A DNA stretch of 64,000 bases, from NCBI GenBank assembly GCA_951406725.2, contig OX597816.1, positions 32,178,001 to 32,242,000 on the forward strand. The letters are read 5' to 3'. The notes beneath the pieces are model-generated. The model worked only from the letters and a program-made list of their open reading frames with translations. It was not told the DNA's origin and did no database searches. Of this stretch, positions 62,381-64,000 are shown piece after piece. The number at the start of each line of letters is the position of its first letter. The stretch's first letter is position 1. The translations under genes were made by a program, and so were the position numbers. The stretch is from Octopus vulgaris (Eukaryota).

Positions 62381-62597
62381 AACACATATACGAAGCGCTT
62401 TCTTCAGTTTCCGTCTCCAAAGCAACTCACAAATCGTAGGTGCCATGCAGTAAAACAGAATCTAGGAGCATGTGGGCGAGTTGCAGCCTCTCCATCAGTC
62501 AGAAACGCTTTCGCTCAAATAATTTAGATTTTGTTTAGTATATATCCTCGGAATGATCAGCTTCTTTTAGCTATATTTCCACACACATTTCTTTTAG

Positions 62598-62856
62598 CTA
62601 TACTTACACACACATCTGAAAACCCGGAGGATGAAATCGAGAGACTCCTGAACAAGGTCGTCCCAAGGCCAACAAATGATGTGGAACTGGACACAGCTTC
62701 CCTCGTCATGGCTTTTGTGAACCGCATTATGCACTCCACGTACCGACGGAGAATGGCCCTTTTTCACACATAGAGAAAGTATACACATGTTACGCCCTAC
62801 AATCTTGATGTGCGGGGTCTGCCAACTACCAGAACACATGACAACGACCCATATAG
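62598..62856 (+). other. Unidentified GC-richer coding-like island (possible exon or TE fragment)
   Basis: tttcttttag acceptor, reads SENPEDEIERLLNKVVPRP..STYRRRMALFHT*RKY..DPY, possible ag/gtttgt donor; one in-frame TAG. Confidence 0.35.
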
Positions 62857-62949
62857 GTTTGTATACGCTTAGGTATATATATGTAAGCCATAAAAAAGGA
62901 GTTTTGAGAGGGGAGTACATTTAAACAATTGATATCTTCGCGATTACTC

Positions 62950-63460
62950 CCTCTTTTGAGATATTGTCAAGTAATAATAATTTCAGTGTATTTTAAATTA
63001 CTAAAATATTTCCTTAATATGCAGGCTGTGTATTATACTACACAATTCTATAGTTACATCTCAAGGCAAATGAATGAAGGAAGATAATTAGTTCACTTCA
63101 ATATCATGTTTACAACAATGCTTCATATTTCAATTAGAAAATTTAGAATTTAAATATACAATGTATGGAAGACAATCCGAGAAAACAAATTACCTAAATT
63201 TATCTTGTATTGGTCTTCTAAACATTGCAATTATTATGACGTGATGAAGGAAGCGAATTGGTCGTAGCTCTAAAGATTTCAAGTAGTTACATAAATATAT
63301 TCACCTTTCGTACCATCCTAATTTCCTTGGATTATATGCCCTCCTATTGTAATAAATTCGTGTGCCGCATCTCCTGGAGCTCAGTTGCAAGTAACTCTAT
63401 TTGCTCCTCCATACTAGATTAAAGTATGGCCTGATAGCCGGAGGAACTTTCGATGATAGC
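62950..63460 (+). pseudogene. Decayed protocadherin relic R (EC1/EC2)
   Basis: LNIQCMED 63150 (~VNIEFRED), GLLN 63212 (~GLLNS). Confidence 0.3.
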
Positions 63461-63477
63461 TATATGAATCTATGAAT

Positions 63478-63537
<60 letters not shown>

Positions 63538-63539
<2 letters not shown>

Positions 63540-64000
63540 TCATCATCATCATCATCATCATCATCGATTAACATCCGCTTTACATGCTAGCAGGGCTTGG
63601 AGGATTTGACTGAGGACTGGCAAACCAGATGGCTGCACTAGGTTCCAATCTTATTTGGCAGTTTCTACAGCTCGATGCCCTTCCTAACGCCAACGACTCC
63701 GAGTGTGTAGTGGGTGCTTTTAGGTGCCACCGGCACGACAGCCAGTCACCTGCTCTGGCAGCGATTGCAATCGTATGATGCTCTTAGCACTCCACTGGCA
63801 CGGGTGACAGTCATCGAATTTGTGAATTTGATTTGATTTCAATTTCACTTGCCTCAACAAATATTCGCAAGCAGAGTTTAGTGTCCAATGAAGGAAAGGT
63901 ACGCACTGCATATTTCCAAAAGTCTCGGTCTCTAGTCATTGCTTCAGTGATACCTAATTTTCGAACGTCGTCCTTCACCACCTCATCCCAGGTCTTCCGG
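63538..64000 (-). mobile_element. RTE-related non-autonomous retroelement with (GAT)n tail
   Basis: Minus: ttggcgttaggaagggcatc.agctgtagaaac ... gcatgtaaagcggatgttaaatc(gat)n. Confidence 0.7.

Noticed and set aside
62594-62920. Minus-strand ORF resembling a tyrosine phosphatase (QFH..WP..LDFI)
   Set aside because: No WPD or catalytic motif; looks like the antisense of the plus-strand coding-like frame

Overview
AT-rich eukaryotic genomic DNA full of microsatellites. The SINE families and protocadherin motifs point to an octopod cephalopod (inference). I find no intact protein-coding gene; most ORFs in the track are microsatellite artefacts. Three layers can be read. (1) Nearly all non-repeat sequence translates, across frameshifts and stops, into cephalopod-type protocadherin ectodomain motifs in the expected order. 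This gives a dense tandem array of about 18 heavily decayed, intronless protocadherin relics. All lie on + except one apparently 7-repeat copy on -, which is nested between EC3 and EC4 of a + copy. (2) Many Penelope-like element (PLE) pieces sit in (TA)n tracts: RT and GIY-YIG fragments, tail-out palindromes, about ten hammerhead ribozyme motifs (including a G3-C8 swapped core), and a shared, covarying non-hammerhead 3' RNA structure. (3) There are ordinary decayed Tc1/mariner transposons, an RTE LINE 3' end, MITEs and several tRNA-derived SINE families. All protein and RNA-structure calls were made by eye against recalled family consensus. Boundaries are approximate and need frameshift-aware profile searches.
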